Source of the DNA: Bacteroidales bacterium
GTDB taxonomy: Bacteria; Bacteroidota; Bacteroidia; Bacteroidales; JAADJA01
Assembly: GCA_047920975.1 (NCBI GenBank)
Contig: JBLRXC010000003.1
Location: 1-61,725 of the forward strand
Direction: 5' to 3'
Length of the DNA: 61,725 nucleotides
The position numbers and the translations under genes are program-made. The notes below the pieces were generated by a model. That model worked only from the letters and a program-made list of their open reading frames with translations. It was not told the origin of the DNA and searched no databases. This document shows, in pieces, positions 36,668 to 44,360 of the stretch (position 1 is the first letter of the stretch; every line of letters begins with the position of its first letter).

Positions 36668-38446
36668 ATGAGAATAAAAGCAAATAAACAAACTATAATA
36701 ATTGTTGCAATTAGCCTCGTGTTTGGTGCATTAATTGGCTACATAATTAGCACATCAACCAATCAGCACGCCAGCACATCAGCACATCAGCACATCGATA
36801 CATCAGAAAATCAAACCTGGACCTGCTCCATGCACCCTCAAATTCGTCAAAACGAACCCGGCGATTGCCCCATTTGCGGCATGGATTTAATTCCGCTGGA
36901 TGACGAAACCGACAGTGATATTGACCCGATGGCTATCAGCATGTCGCCAACAGCTATGCAACTGGCCAGCATAAGTACTGCTCTGGTAAGTCCTGCTGAC
37001 CCGGTTAAATCTGTCCGCTTAAACGGCAAGGTACAGTCTGACGAACGGTTGGTATTTTCACAGGCATCTCACATTCCCGGCAGGATTGAAAAGTTACTGG
37101 TAAATTTTACTGGCGAATTTATAAAAAAAGGACAGGTGATTGCATCCGTGTATTCACCCGATTTGGTTACCGCGCAGGAAGAATTGTTTGAAGCGCAAAA
37201 AATCAAGGAATCGCAGCCGCAACTTTTCAGCGCTGCCAAAGAAAAACTCAAAAACTGGAAACTAACTGAAAGCCAGATTGAACAAATTTTACAGTCGGGA
37301 CAAACTGAAGAAGAATTTAATATTCAGGCTGATGTTTCCGGCTATGTGACCAACCGCAAAGTAAATGTTGGAGACTACATTTCGCGCGGACAATCGATTT
37401 ATGAAATTGCTGATTTATCGCAGGTGTGGGTCCTGTTCGATGTATATGAACAAGATATGCCCTGGATAAAAAAAGGCGATAAAGTCACTTTTACTATTCA
37501 GTCGCTTCCGGGCGAAACTTTTGAAGGGACCATATCTTTTCTTGATCCCGTAATTGATGCGAAAACACGGGTGGCCAAGGCACGGATTGACATGGTAAAC
37601 AGCGGATTGAAACTGAAACCGGAGATGTTTGCTTCGGGTACTGTAGAAGCAAAACTGCCTGTAAAAGCGGGTAATCTTTCGGTACCTAAAACCGCTGTGA
37701 TGTGGACAGGAAAACGCTCGCTGGTTTATGTGAAATCGGAAACCGAAACCGGTGTGAATTTTATGATGCGCGAAGTAACTCTCGGCCCGGCGCTTGGAGA
37801 AAGTTATCTGGTTGAAAGCGGACTAAATGAGGGCGAAGAAATCGCAGTTAACGGCACCTTCAGTATTGATGCAGCCGCACAACTGGCAGGGAAGGCCAGT
37901 ATGATGATGCCGCCCGAAAGCAAAACTATGGAAGTGCCACAGGATTTTCGCAAACAAATTACAACGGTGGCTAATGCTTATTTCGATGTGAAAAATGCCC
38001 TGGTAAACGACGACCCGGAAACGGCTCAAAAAACTGCAGGAAAAGTTTCCGGAGCAATCGAAAACGTTGATATGAGCCTGCTGGAAGGAGATGCCCACCG
38101 CCACTGGATGGCGTTGCAAAAGCAACTGGAAGATGCCTCCAATATGATTTCAGGAACTACTGACATTGAAAAGCAGCGGGAGCATTTCAACACGCTTTCC
38201 GAAGCCATGCTGGAAACCACCGAATCGTTCGGACTGGAAATCGAAAGGACTTACAGGTTGTTCTGCCCTATGGCGTTCGACGACAAAGGCGCGTTCTGGT
38301 TGAGTGAATCCGATGAGATTTTAAACCCCTATTTCGGGGATATGATGTTGCGTTGCGGCGAAGTAAAACAAACTTACCGCAAAGGACAGAGGATTTTTAA
38401 AACTACCGACAATCAAAGCACACAGGCAGCGAGACACAATCATTGA
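36668..38446 (+). CDS. efflux RND periplasmic adaptor (CusB-like) with N-terminal heavy-metal-binding domain and C-terminal DUF3347-like domain
   Basis: TM anchor. HMBD motif WTCSMHPQIRQNEPGDCPICGMDL. HlyD/MFP core (VYSPDLVTAQEEL; beta-barrel). The C-terminal helical domain (FRKQITTVANAYFDVKNALVNDD...) resembles DUF3347. Confidence 0.8.
   Translation: MRIKANKQTIIIVAISLVFGALIGYIISTSTNQHASTSAHQHIDTSENQTWTCSMHPQIRQNEPGDCPICGMDLIPLDDETDSDIDPMAISMSPTAMQLASISTALVSPADPVKSVRLNGKVQSDERLVFSQASHIPGRIEKLLVNFTGEFIKKGQVIASVYSPDLVTAQEELFEAQKIKESQPQLFSAAKEKLKNWKLTESQIEQILQSGQTEEEFNIQADVSGYVTNRKVNVGDYISRGQSIYEIADLSQVWVLFDVYEQDMPWIKKGDKVTFTIQSLPGETFEGTISFLDPVIDAKTRVAKARIDMVNSGLKLKPEMFASGTVEAKLPVKAGNLSVPKTAVMWTGKRSLVYVKSETETGVNFMMREVTLGPALGESYLVESGLNEGEEIAVNGTFSIDAAAQLAGKASMMMPPESKTMEVPQDFRKQITTVANAYFDVKNALVNDDPETAQKTAGKVSGAIENVDMSLLEGDAHRHWMALQKQLEDASNMISGTTDIEKQREHFNTLSEAMLETTESFGLEIERTYRLFCPMAFDDKGAFWLSESDEILNPYFGDMMLRCGEVKQTYRKGQRIFKTTDNQSTQAARHNH
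36764..36811. repeat. 8-nt tandem array (CAGCACAT x3 perfect at 36772-36795, degenerate units either side) inside the adaptor CDS
   Basis: Read directly: cagcacgc cagcacat cagcacat cagcacat cgatacat cagaaaat. It encodes QHASTSAHQHIDTSEN. Confidence 0.85.
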
Positions 38447-38758
38447 AGTATTATGTTATTAATTATCTGATATTCAAAAAGATGACTGCAGCAAACATGC
38501 CTGGTATACTTTTAAGGTTACAGCATTTCTGGCACAGACAGGTACATCGCGCCGCCTGACAGGGATTGGTACTCACGTCTTTAAGTGTGAAATGGTAAAA
38601 AGTTTACCTTCAATTCCCACCCAAACCCTTTGATTCAAATGACCTTATGATGTCGGTCAGTTGATCCAGCTGCCCCCGGTGCATTCTTAAGGTTGACTAT
38701 CTTAGACCTGAGTTTCCGGGATTGACATATAACCGGGATGATTTCATGCCATGTTACG

Positions 38759-39595
38759 TCACCAGCTCCCACTGGCTCCCCCACCACCAAACCGGCCGCC
38801 TCCAAAACCACCGAAGCCGCCACTGCGGCCGCCGCCACCAAAGCCTCCTGAACCGGATTTGAAATTTCCGTAAGAACCTTTACTCCCGTGACTCATCATA
38901 CTTCCCAGCATGACAGCAGTCCAGAAAGGCATGCTGCTCTTGCTTCCGGTGTTGTATTGATTACCACGGCTCCTGTTGATCCATGTGATGACAATGATCA
39001 GGATGATAATGGGGACCAAAAACCCGAGCGGATTGGGTTCATCTCCCTGCTGCGCATAGCCTTCTGCAGTAAAATGACCGGCAGCCAGTGACATGATCGC
39101 GTTGACAGCGGTATCAATGCCACCATAATAATCGTTTTCGCGAAAGCGGGGGATCATTTCCCGTTCGATGATCTGCTTTGCTGTAATGTCAGGTATCAGG
39201 TGTTCCAGGCCATAACCCACGTCAATATTCACCTCTCCCTTGCCTTCGGCATTTCTGGGCTTCAGAACAATGATGACTCCGTTATTAAATCTGGCCTGTC
39301 CGATACCCCATTGCTGCGCCAGTCGCTGCGAAAAATCTGTAATGTCGTATCCATGCAGGCTATTGACAACAACCACAACAATTTGTGTTGAATTGGTGTC
39401 ACTAAATGATACCAGCTTATTTTCAAGAGCGCTGATCTCGCTGTTGCTGAAAAGACCGGCATAGTCATTGACCAGCCTTGGAGGGTCAGGGAGATCGGGA
39501 ATGTTCTGACTGACAACCTGATAATGACTTAAAAGGCTAAAAATCAATGTCAAAAACATCAACCTGCCAATGGTATTCACTAGTGGGTAGTTCAT
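38759..39595 (-). CDS. TPM-domain protein (YgcG-like) with TM segment and Gly-rich C-terminal tail
   Basis: VNDYAGLFSNSEISALENKL...TQIVVVVVNSL is the TPM_phosphatase pattern. C-terminal GSGGFGGGGRSGGFGGFGGGRFGGGG. Confidence 0.8.
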   Translation of the reverse strand: MNYPLVNTIGRLMFLTLIFSLLSHYQVVSQNIPDLPDPPRLVNDYAGLFSNSEISALENKLVSFSDTNSTQIVVVVVNSLHGYDITDFSQRLAQQWGIGQARFNNGVIIVLKPRNAEGKGEVNIDVGYGLEHLIPDITAKQIIEREMIPRFRENDYYGGIDTAVNAIMSLAAGHFTAEGYAQQGDEPNPLGFLVPIIILIIVITWINRSRGNQYNTGSKSSMPFWTAVMLGSMMSHGSKGSYGNFKSGSGGFGGGGRSGGFGGFGGGRFGGGGASGSW

Positions 39596-40032
39596 TTATC
39601 GTCAAACGAAATTTCATCAGGGAGTTCATTCACATCATCCTTATGAAACGGAAAATGATCTTTCAACTGACGCCCTGCCAGGGTGATTCCCTCTACAAGG
39701 CCCTCAGTAAAATGGTTCTCTCTGAAATGATTCAGCAGGACATCACGAACCTCATCCCAGAAATTTTCCGGTACCACCCGGTTGATACCGGAATCGCCTA
39801 AAACGGCAAACTTCCTGTTTTTCACAGCAAGGTAAAAAAGTACGCCGTTTCTTAATTCAGTGTTCTGCATATGCAGTTTGTCAAAGATCAGTGAAGCACG
39901 ATCCAATGCATCTCCCGGACATTTTTCCTCGATATGAACCCTGATTTCGCCGGAGGTGTCCAGTTCGGCGTTTTTGATAGCGAGCTTGATATCATCCTTT
40001 TGTTGCTTGGTGAAAAAATTTCTTGCCGACAT
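39592..40032 (-). CDS. TPM-domain protein (small, cytoplasmic-type)
   Basis: 146 aa with TSGEIRVHIE and AVLGDSGIN blocks. A 4-nt overlap with the downstream TPM gene. It sits in a LemA-TPM-TPM context. Confidence 0.7.
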   Translation of the reverse strand: MSARNFFTKQQKDDIKLAIKNAELDTSGEIRVHIEEKCPGDALDRASLIFDKLHMQNTELRNGVLFYLAVKNRKFAVLGDSGINRVVPENFWDEVRDVLLNHFRENHFTEGLVEGITLAGRQLKDHFPFHKDDVNELPDEISFDDK

Positions 40033-40043
40033 GTTTTCAGGAT

Positions 40044-40643
40044 TTAGAACTGTACCTCCGGAGCCTGGTCGGCACCCTCTTTTGCTTTGAAATAGGCTTT
40101 TTTCTCAAATCCAAACATGGATGCATAAATGTTCTTCGGGAAGGAGCGGATAAAAGCGTTATAATCCCTGGCCTGCTCATTGAAATTCATCCTTTCGACA
40201 GTAATTCTGTTTTCCGTCCTTTCGAGCTGGGTCTGCAGGTCAAGGAAGTTTTGGTTTGCCTTAAGGTCGGGGTAACGTTCGATGGTAACCAGCAATCTCG
40301 ACAGGGCTGATCCCAGTCCGTCCTGTGCAGCCTGAAATTGCTGAAGCGATGCTTCATTCAGGTTCGTCGGGTCAATGGTTACAGAAGTGGCTTTTGACCT
40401 GGCTTCGATCACACGGGTAAGCGTCTCCTGTTCAAAATTGGCATAGCCCTTTACGGTTGCCACCAGGTTCGGGATAAGATCGACCCTCCGCTGATACACA
40501 TTCTCAACCTGCGCCCACTGGGCTGTAACGGCCTCCTCTTTGGATATCATGTTGTTGTATGTTCCTTTAATGGACGAATAAAGGATGATCGCCAGGATAA
40601 CAACAACTCCCAGGAAGATCCACTTTTTTGAAACGGTTTTCAT
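40044..40643 (-). CDS. lemA: LemA family protein
   Basis: N-terminal TM, then YNNMISKEEAVTAQWAQVENVYQRRVDLIPNLV and YPDLKANQNFLDLQTQLERTENRI, typical LemA blocks. Confidence 0.9.
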   Translation of the reverse strand: MKTVSKKWIFLGVVVILAIILYSSIKGTYNNMISKEEAVTAQWAQVENVYQRRVDLIPNLVATVKGYANFEQETLTRVIEARSKATSVTIDPTNLNEASLQQFQAAQDGLGSALSRLLVTIERYPDLKANQNFLDLQTQLERTENRITVERMNFNEQARDYNAFIRSFPKNIYASMFGFEKKAYFKAKEGADQAPEVQF

Positions 40644-40695
40644 GTGTTTGTTTTTTGCAAAAGTAATGGTTTGTATTAAAGATTGTCATCCGGTG

Positions 40696-40748
40696 GCTTC
40701 GACTTCGCTCAGCCACCGGCGGGACCGGGCACTGAGCGTAGTCGAAGC
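40696..40748. repeat. GC-rich palindromic (REP-like) hairpin; likely htpG terminator or insulator
   Basis: GCTTCGACTTCGCTCAG (40696-40712) pairs with CTGAGCGTAGTCGAAGC (40732-40748) at 16/17, with a 19-nt GC-rich loop. It lies between the htpG stop (40764) and the lemA start (40643). No U-tract follows. Confidence 0.6.
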
Positions 40749-40763
40749 GCCAGCACCACAAAT

Positions 40764-42668
40764 CTACTTCCCGATAAGATCCACCGACCGTCGAATGAAT
40801 TTTGTGAGTTCCTCGCCTTTCAGCAAGTTCTGCGACAAGCGAGCCAGGTCTGTTACCTGTTTCACAAGATCGTCCTGACGTTTTTCATCCTTTTCAGCCA
40901 GAATATCCGAGATCAGTTTGTGGTTTGTATTGATCACCAGATTATAGGCATCGGGCATGGTTCCCATAAAGTCCATCCCACCCCCGATCTTTGACATATC
41001 TTTCATTCGCCGCATGAACTCCGGTTGGGTGATGAGCACCGGCTGGTCTTTTTCGCTCAAACTCTCCAGCACCACCGAGTAACTCTCCATGTTGAGAAAC
41101 TTCTCAAAAAGTGGCTTCAGTTTTTCTTTTTCCGCATCCGAAAGTTTGGAAGGCTGGTCATCTTCCTTTCTGATGATCTTGTCAATGATATCGGCATCCA
41201 CGCGTGCAAAAGAACTTTTCTCAAATTTTTGCTCAAGTGTATTGATGAAATGCTGGTCAAGGACACCGCTCATTTCCAGTACATCATATCCTTTCTCCTT
41301 TGCTGCTTCGATAAAGGCATGTTGCTCATCCTTATCGGTTGTATACAGATAGATGAGTTTTCCATCCTTGTCGGTCTGGGTTTTCTCAATCTGATTTTTA
41401 TAATCCTCCAGGGTAAAATACTTCCCATCCACATTTTTGAACAACGCAATTTTTTCGGCGCGTTCATAAAATTTCGGCTCTGAGATCATCCCGTACTGGA
41501 TAAAGACCTTGATGTCGTCCCATTTCTTTTCGAACTCCTCCCTGTTGTTCTTGAAAATATCCTCCAGTTTGTCCGACACTTTCTTCATGATGTGGTTCGA
41601 AATCTTCTTCACATTGGAATCGCTCTGCAGGTAACTCCTTGAAACATTGAGGGGAATATCCGGCGAATCGATCACACCATGGAGCAATGTAAGAAAATCG
41701 GGCACAATACCTTCAACTGAATCGGTGACAAAAACCTGGTTGGAATACAACTGAATCTTGTCGCGTTGCACCTCAAAATTCTTTTTGACTTTGGGGAAGT
41801 AAAGGATCCCGGTCAGATTGAACGGATAGTCAACATTAAGATGGATATGAAACAGAGGCTCTTCGAAGTTCATCGGGTAGAGTTCCCTGTAGAAAGCATT
41901 GTAATCCTCATCCTTCAGATCGGCAGGTTTTTGCGTCCATGCGGGTTTTGTATTGTTGATGATCCTTGGTTTATCAACCGTTTTGTATGCATCATTACCC
42001 TCCTTATCTTTCTCTCCAGTCTTTTCCGACACTTTTTCGGTGCCGAATTGAATTGGAACGGGCAGAAACTTGGAGTATTTCTTCAGCAATCCAAGGACCT
42101 TGTATTCGTCAAGAAATTCCTCCGAATCTTTGGCAATATGAAGTATGATCTCGGTACCGCGGTCTTCCTTATCGAACTCATCCATTGTAAATTCGGGGCT
42201 TCCGTCACACTCCCATTTGACGGCTTTGGTTGAGCCGCCTTTTTTATAGGTTTTGGTTCTGATCTCCACCTTTTCGGCAACCATGAATGAAGAATAGAAT
42301 CCAAGTCCGAAATGGCCGATCAATGCACTTTTATCGGCATCCGTTTTACCCTTGTATTTTTTGATGAACTCCTCGGCACTTGAGAAAGCAATCTGGTTGA
42401 TGTATTTATCGACTTCCTCGCGGGTCATACCGATACCCCGGTCAATCACTTTCAATTGCTTGTTTTTCTTGTCAATTTCAATATGGATGGTCAGATCACC
42501 CAGTTCTTCTTTTATCTTTCCGGCTGATGCAAGCATCTTCAGTTTTTGTGTGGCATCTACTGCATTCGATACAAGTTCCCGCAGAAATATCTCATGGTCG
42601 GAATAGAGAAATTTTTTAATGATCGGGAATATGTTTTCTGTCTGAACGTTGATGGTTCCTTTTTGCAT
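40764..42668 (-). CDS. htpG: molecular chaperone HtpG (Hsp90)
   Basis: ATG at 42668 gives MQKGTINVQTENIFPIIKKFLYSDHEIFLRELVSNAVDA. It also has GHFGLGFYS and an Hsp90 middle and C-terminal region. Confidence 0.95.
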   Translation of the reverse strand: MQKGTINVQTENIFPIIKKFLYSDHEIFLRELVSNAVDATQKLKMLASAGKIKEELGDLTIHIEIDKKNKQLKVIDRGIGMTREEVDKYINQIAFSSAEEFIKKYKGKTDADKSALIGHFGLGFYSSFMVAEKVEIRTKTYKKGGSTKAVKWECDGSPEFTMDEFDKEDRGTEIILHIAKDSEEFLDEYKVLGLLKKYSKFLPVPIQFGTEKVSEKTGEKDKEGNDAYKTVDKPRIINNTKPAWTQKPADLKDEDYNAFYRELYPMNFEEPLFHIHLNVDYPFNLTGILYFPKVKKNFEVQRDKIQLYSNQVFVTDSVEGIVPDFLTLLHGVIDSPDIPLNVSRSYLQSDSNVKKISNHIMKKVSDKLEDIFKNNREEFEKKWDDIKVFIQYGMISEPKFYERAEKIALFKNVDGKYFTLEDYKNQIEKTQTDKDGKLIYLYTTDKDEQHAFIEAAKEKGYDVLEMSGVLDQHFINTLEQKFEKSSFARVDADIIDKIIRKEDDQPSKLSDAEKEKLKPLFEKFLNMESYSVVLESLSEKDQPVLITQPEFMRRMKDMSKIGGGMDFMGTMPDAYNLVINTNHKLISDILAEKDEKRQDDLVKQVTDLARLSQNLLKGEELTKFIRRSVDLIGK

Positions 42669-42939
42669 AAAACTTCTGATTTTTAAATGTTTGACCCATC
42701 GGGTCTGACAAATTACATGCCACCGGCCCGGGAAGTGACAAATTGACAATGTAAGGGTAGTATTACAGGGTAATTTTCATCGGGCAGGGGAATTATAAAG
42801 AAACATCTTTTTGGGCAGGTAAATGCATAAATATTATTCCTCTTTCCGTTTTGCCTGCACTTACACAAAATATTTCTCAAACACATCTGCCTGTTTTAAA
42901 TAAAATTTACCTTTGCCTCCAAAATAGGAACCCTTAAAA

Positions 42940-43428
42940 ATGTTTAAAATGAAGACGATCAAACTCATCTTGTTGGCAACTATGGCCATTTTTTTATTCA
43001 CAGCCTGCGGTGGCGGCGATAAACCTGCAACTGGCCAATCAGAAACAAAAACCGAGGAAATAACAGAAACCAAATCCCCACTTGAAGCTCAGCTTGCTTT
43101 GGGTGAGCGTATTTACAAAGAAAAATGCATTGTATGCCATCAGGCGGATGCCAAAGGAATTCCCGGTGCATTCCCTCCTTTAGCCAATGCTGATTATTTA
43201 CTGGCTGATCCCGTCAGAGGTGTTGCCCAAACCCTGAATGGATCCAACGAAGAGATGATTGTGAATGGTGTGGTTTACAACGCTCCCATGACCCCGCAGG
43301 TAGAGACCAGGGAAGAGGCGCTTGCAGTGATCAATTATGTCCTCAAGCATTTCAACGGGTACACCAAAGATCAGCTTCTGGATATGGAGGATATAAAAGA
43401 TGTGGTGATTGATCCTATAAAACTCTAA
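42940..43428 (+). CDS. class I c-type cytochrome lipoprotein
   Basis: Lipobox LFTACGGG, a single CIVCHQ heme motif and a distal Met region (YNAPMTPQ). Confidence 0.8.
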   Translation: MFKMKTIKLILLATMAIFLFTACGGGDKPATGQSETKTEEITETKSPLEAQLALGERIYKEKCIVCHQADAKGIPGAFPPLANADYLLADPVRGVAQTLNGSNEEMIVNGVVYNAPMTPQVETREEALAVINYVLKHFNGYTKDQLLDMEDIKDVVIDPIKL

Positions 43429-43443
43429 ATCCGGCTTATCATT

Positions 43444-43941
43444 ATGGTTTTAAAAACTACCCTGGCTGTTACCCTGTCACTGTTTTTCCTGGCCTGCAAC
43501 ACCGGATCCGTCAGGGATGACGCTCAGAACGGTAGCGGTGAACCGGAAACACCCGGTTTGCACGGAGCAATGATCAATGTCCAAAACCCGGTAAGTGGAG
43601 AAGAGTTGATCCAGCTGCTGGCTGATAAAGATTCTGTATGGGTTACATTCAAATCCACCATTGTGACCAATTGTCAGCGCACCGGTTGCTGGATGGATAT
43701 GGATATAGGATCTGAAAAAGTAATGAAGGTGTTTTTTAAGGATTATGAGTTCTTTATCCCTCTTGACTCTAAAGGAAAATCAGCAACCATTGAGGGATAT
43801 GCTACCAAAGAGTTGGTGGATGTGGAGATGCTGAAGCATTATGCGGAAGATGACGGACAGTCACAGGAGACGATTGATGCCATCACCGAACCCGAACTTA
43901 TCTATATGTTTGATGCAATCGGGGTGATTATCGAAGATTAA
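43444..43941 (+). CDS. DUF4920-like lipoprotein
   Basis: Lipobox LFFLACN. Blocks TGCWMDMD and FFKDYEFFIPLD are recalled as typical for DUF4920. Assignment is from memory only. Confidence 0.5.
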   Translation: MVLKTTLAVTLSLFFLACNTGSVRDDAQNGSGEPETPGLHGAMINVQNPVSGEELIQLLADKDSVWVTFKSTIVTNCQRTGCWMDMDIGSEKVMKVFFKDYEFFIPLDSKGKSATIEGYATKELVDVEMLKHYAEDDGQSQETIDAITEPELIYMFDAIGVIIED

Positions 43942-43955
43942 ATTTTTAGGTTTTT

Positions 43956-43989
43956 AAAAAAAAGGGCATGGTAATCCGTGCCCTTTTTT
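43956..43989. terminator. bidirectional rho-independent terminator
   Basis: AAAAAAAA-GGGCATGG-taat-CCGTGCCC-TTTTTT: an 8-bp stem with one G-U pair and a 4-nt loop, flanked by an A-run and a T-run. It begins 15 nt after the stop at 43941. Confidence 0.75.
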
Positions 43990-44003
43990 ATTTTTGTACA
44001 AGG

Positions 44004-44360
44004 ATGAGGTTCTATCAAAAAACGAAAGAGAAATGGGGCATTGAAAACAATTTTCAATTCTGGCTGATCATTTTCATTTTTTCCATTTCAGGAACTTCTA
44101 CCCTTTTTATCAAAGGTCCGCTCTATGCCCTACTGGGAATAACAGAAACCACTTCATCCTGGATCCGGGTCATGGTGTACCTCCTGGCCATCACTCCGGC
44201 CTATTTTATCATCCTGGGTATTTATGCCATCATTTTTGGCCAGTTCCGATTTTTTAGCAGGTTTTTCAGAAGTTTTTTCTCTCATTTTAAGTGGATAAAA
44301 GGCCGGGTGGGGTCAGATCATAAGGCTGTACAGGATATAACCCATAAAGAGGAGGAGTAG
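44004..44360 (+). CDS. small membrane protein (DUF6787-like)
   Basis: Start moved to the ATG at 44004 because the ORF-track start (43968) lies inside the terminator hairpin. KEKWGIENNFQFWLIIFIFSISGTS plus a second helix. The last 48 nt overlap the convergent CaCA gene. Confidence 0.45.
   Translation: MRFYQKTKEKWGIENNFQFWLIIFIFSISGTSTLFIKGPLYALLGITETTSSWIRVMVYLLAITPAYFIILGIYAIIFGQFRFFSRFFRSFFSHFKWIKGRVGSDHKAVQDITHKEEE

Noticed and set aside
27179-38758. Calling the metal-resistance cluster a genomic island or mobile element.
   Set aside because: No integrase, transposase, tRNA target, direct-repeat att sites or conjugation genes are visible in or beside it. The composition does not look obviously different by eye. 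I report it only as an accessory-type cluster.
38635-38841. 68-aa minus-strand ORF (MVAAAAVAAS...) spanning the end of the TPM gene and the spacer.
   Set aside because: Its 5' part is an alternative frame of the GGN-rich Gly tail of the TPM protein, a compositional artefact. The rest has no recognisable similarity.
41025-42233. 152-aa and 155-aa plus-strand ORFs inside htpG.
   Set aside because: They are antisense to a clearly conserved Hsp90 gene. Their Phe/Leu/Ile-rich sequences are the typical mirror of Lys/Glu-rich coding DNA.
43968-44003. ORF-track start of the small membrane protein at 43968.
   Set aside because: That start lies inside the stem-loop of the bidirectional terminator. 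The ATG at 44004 is downstream of it.
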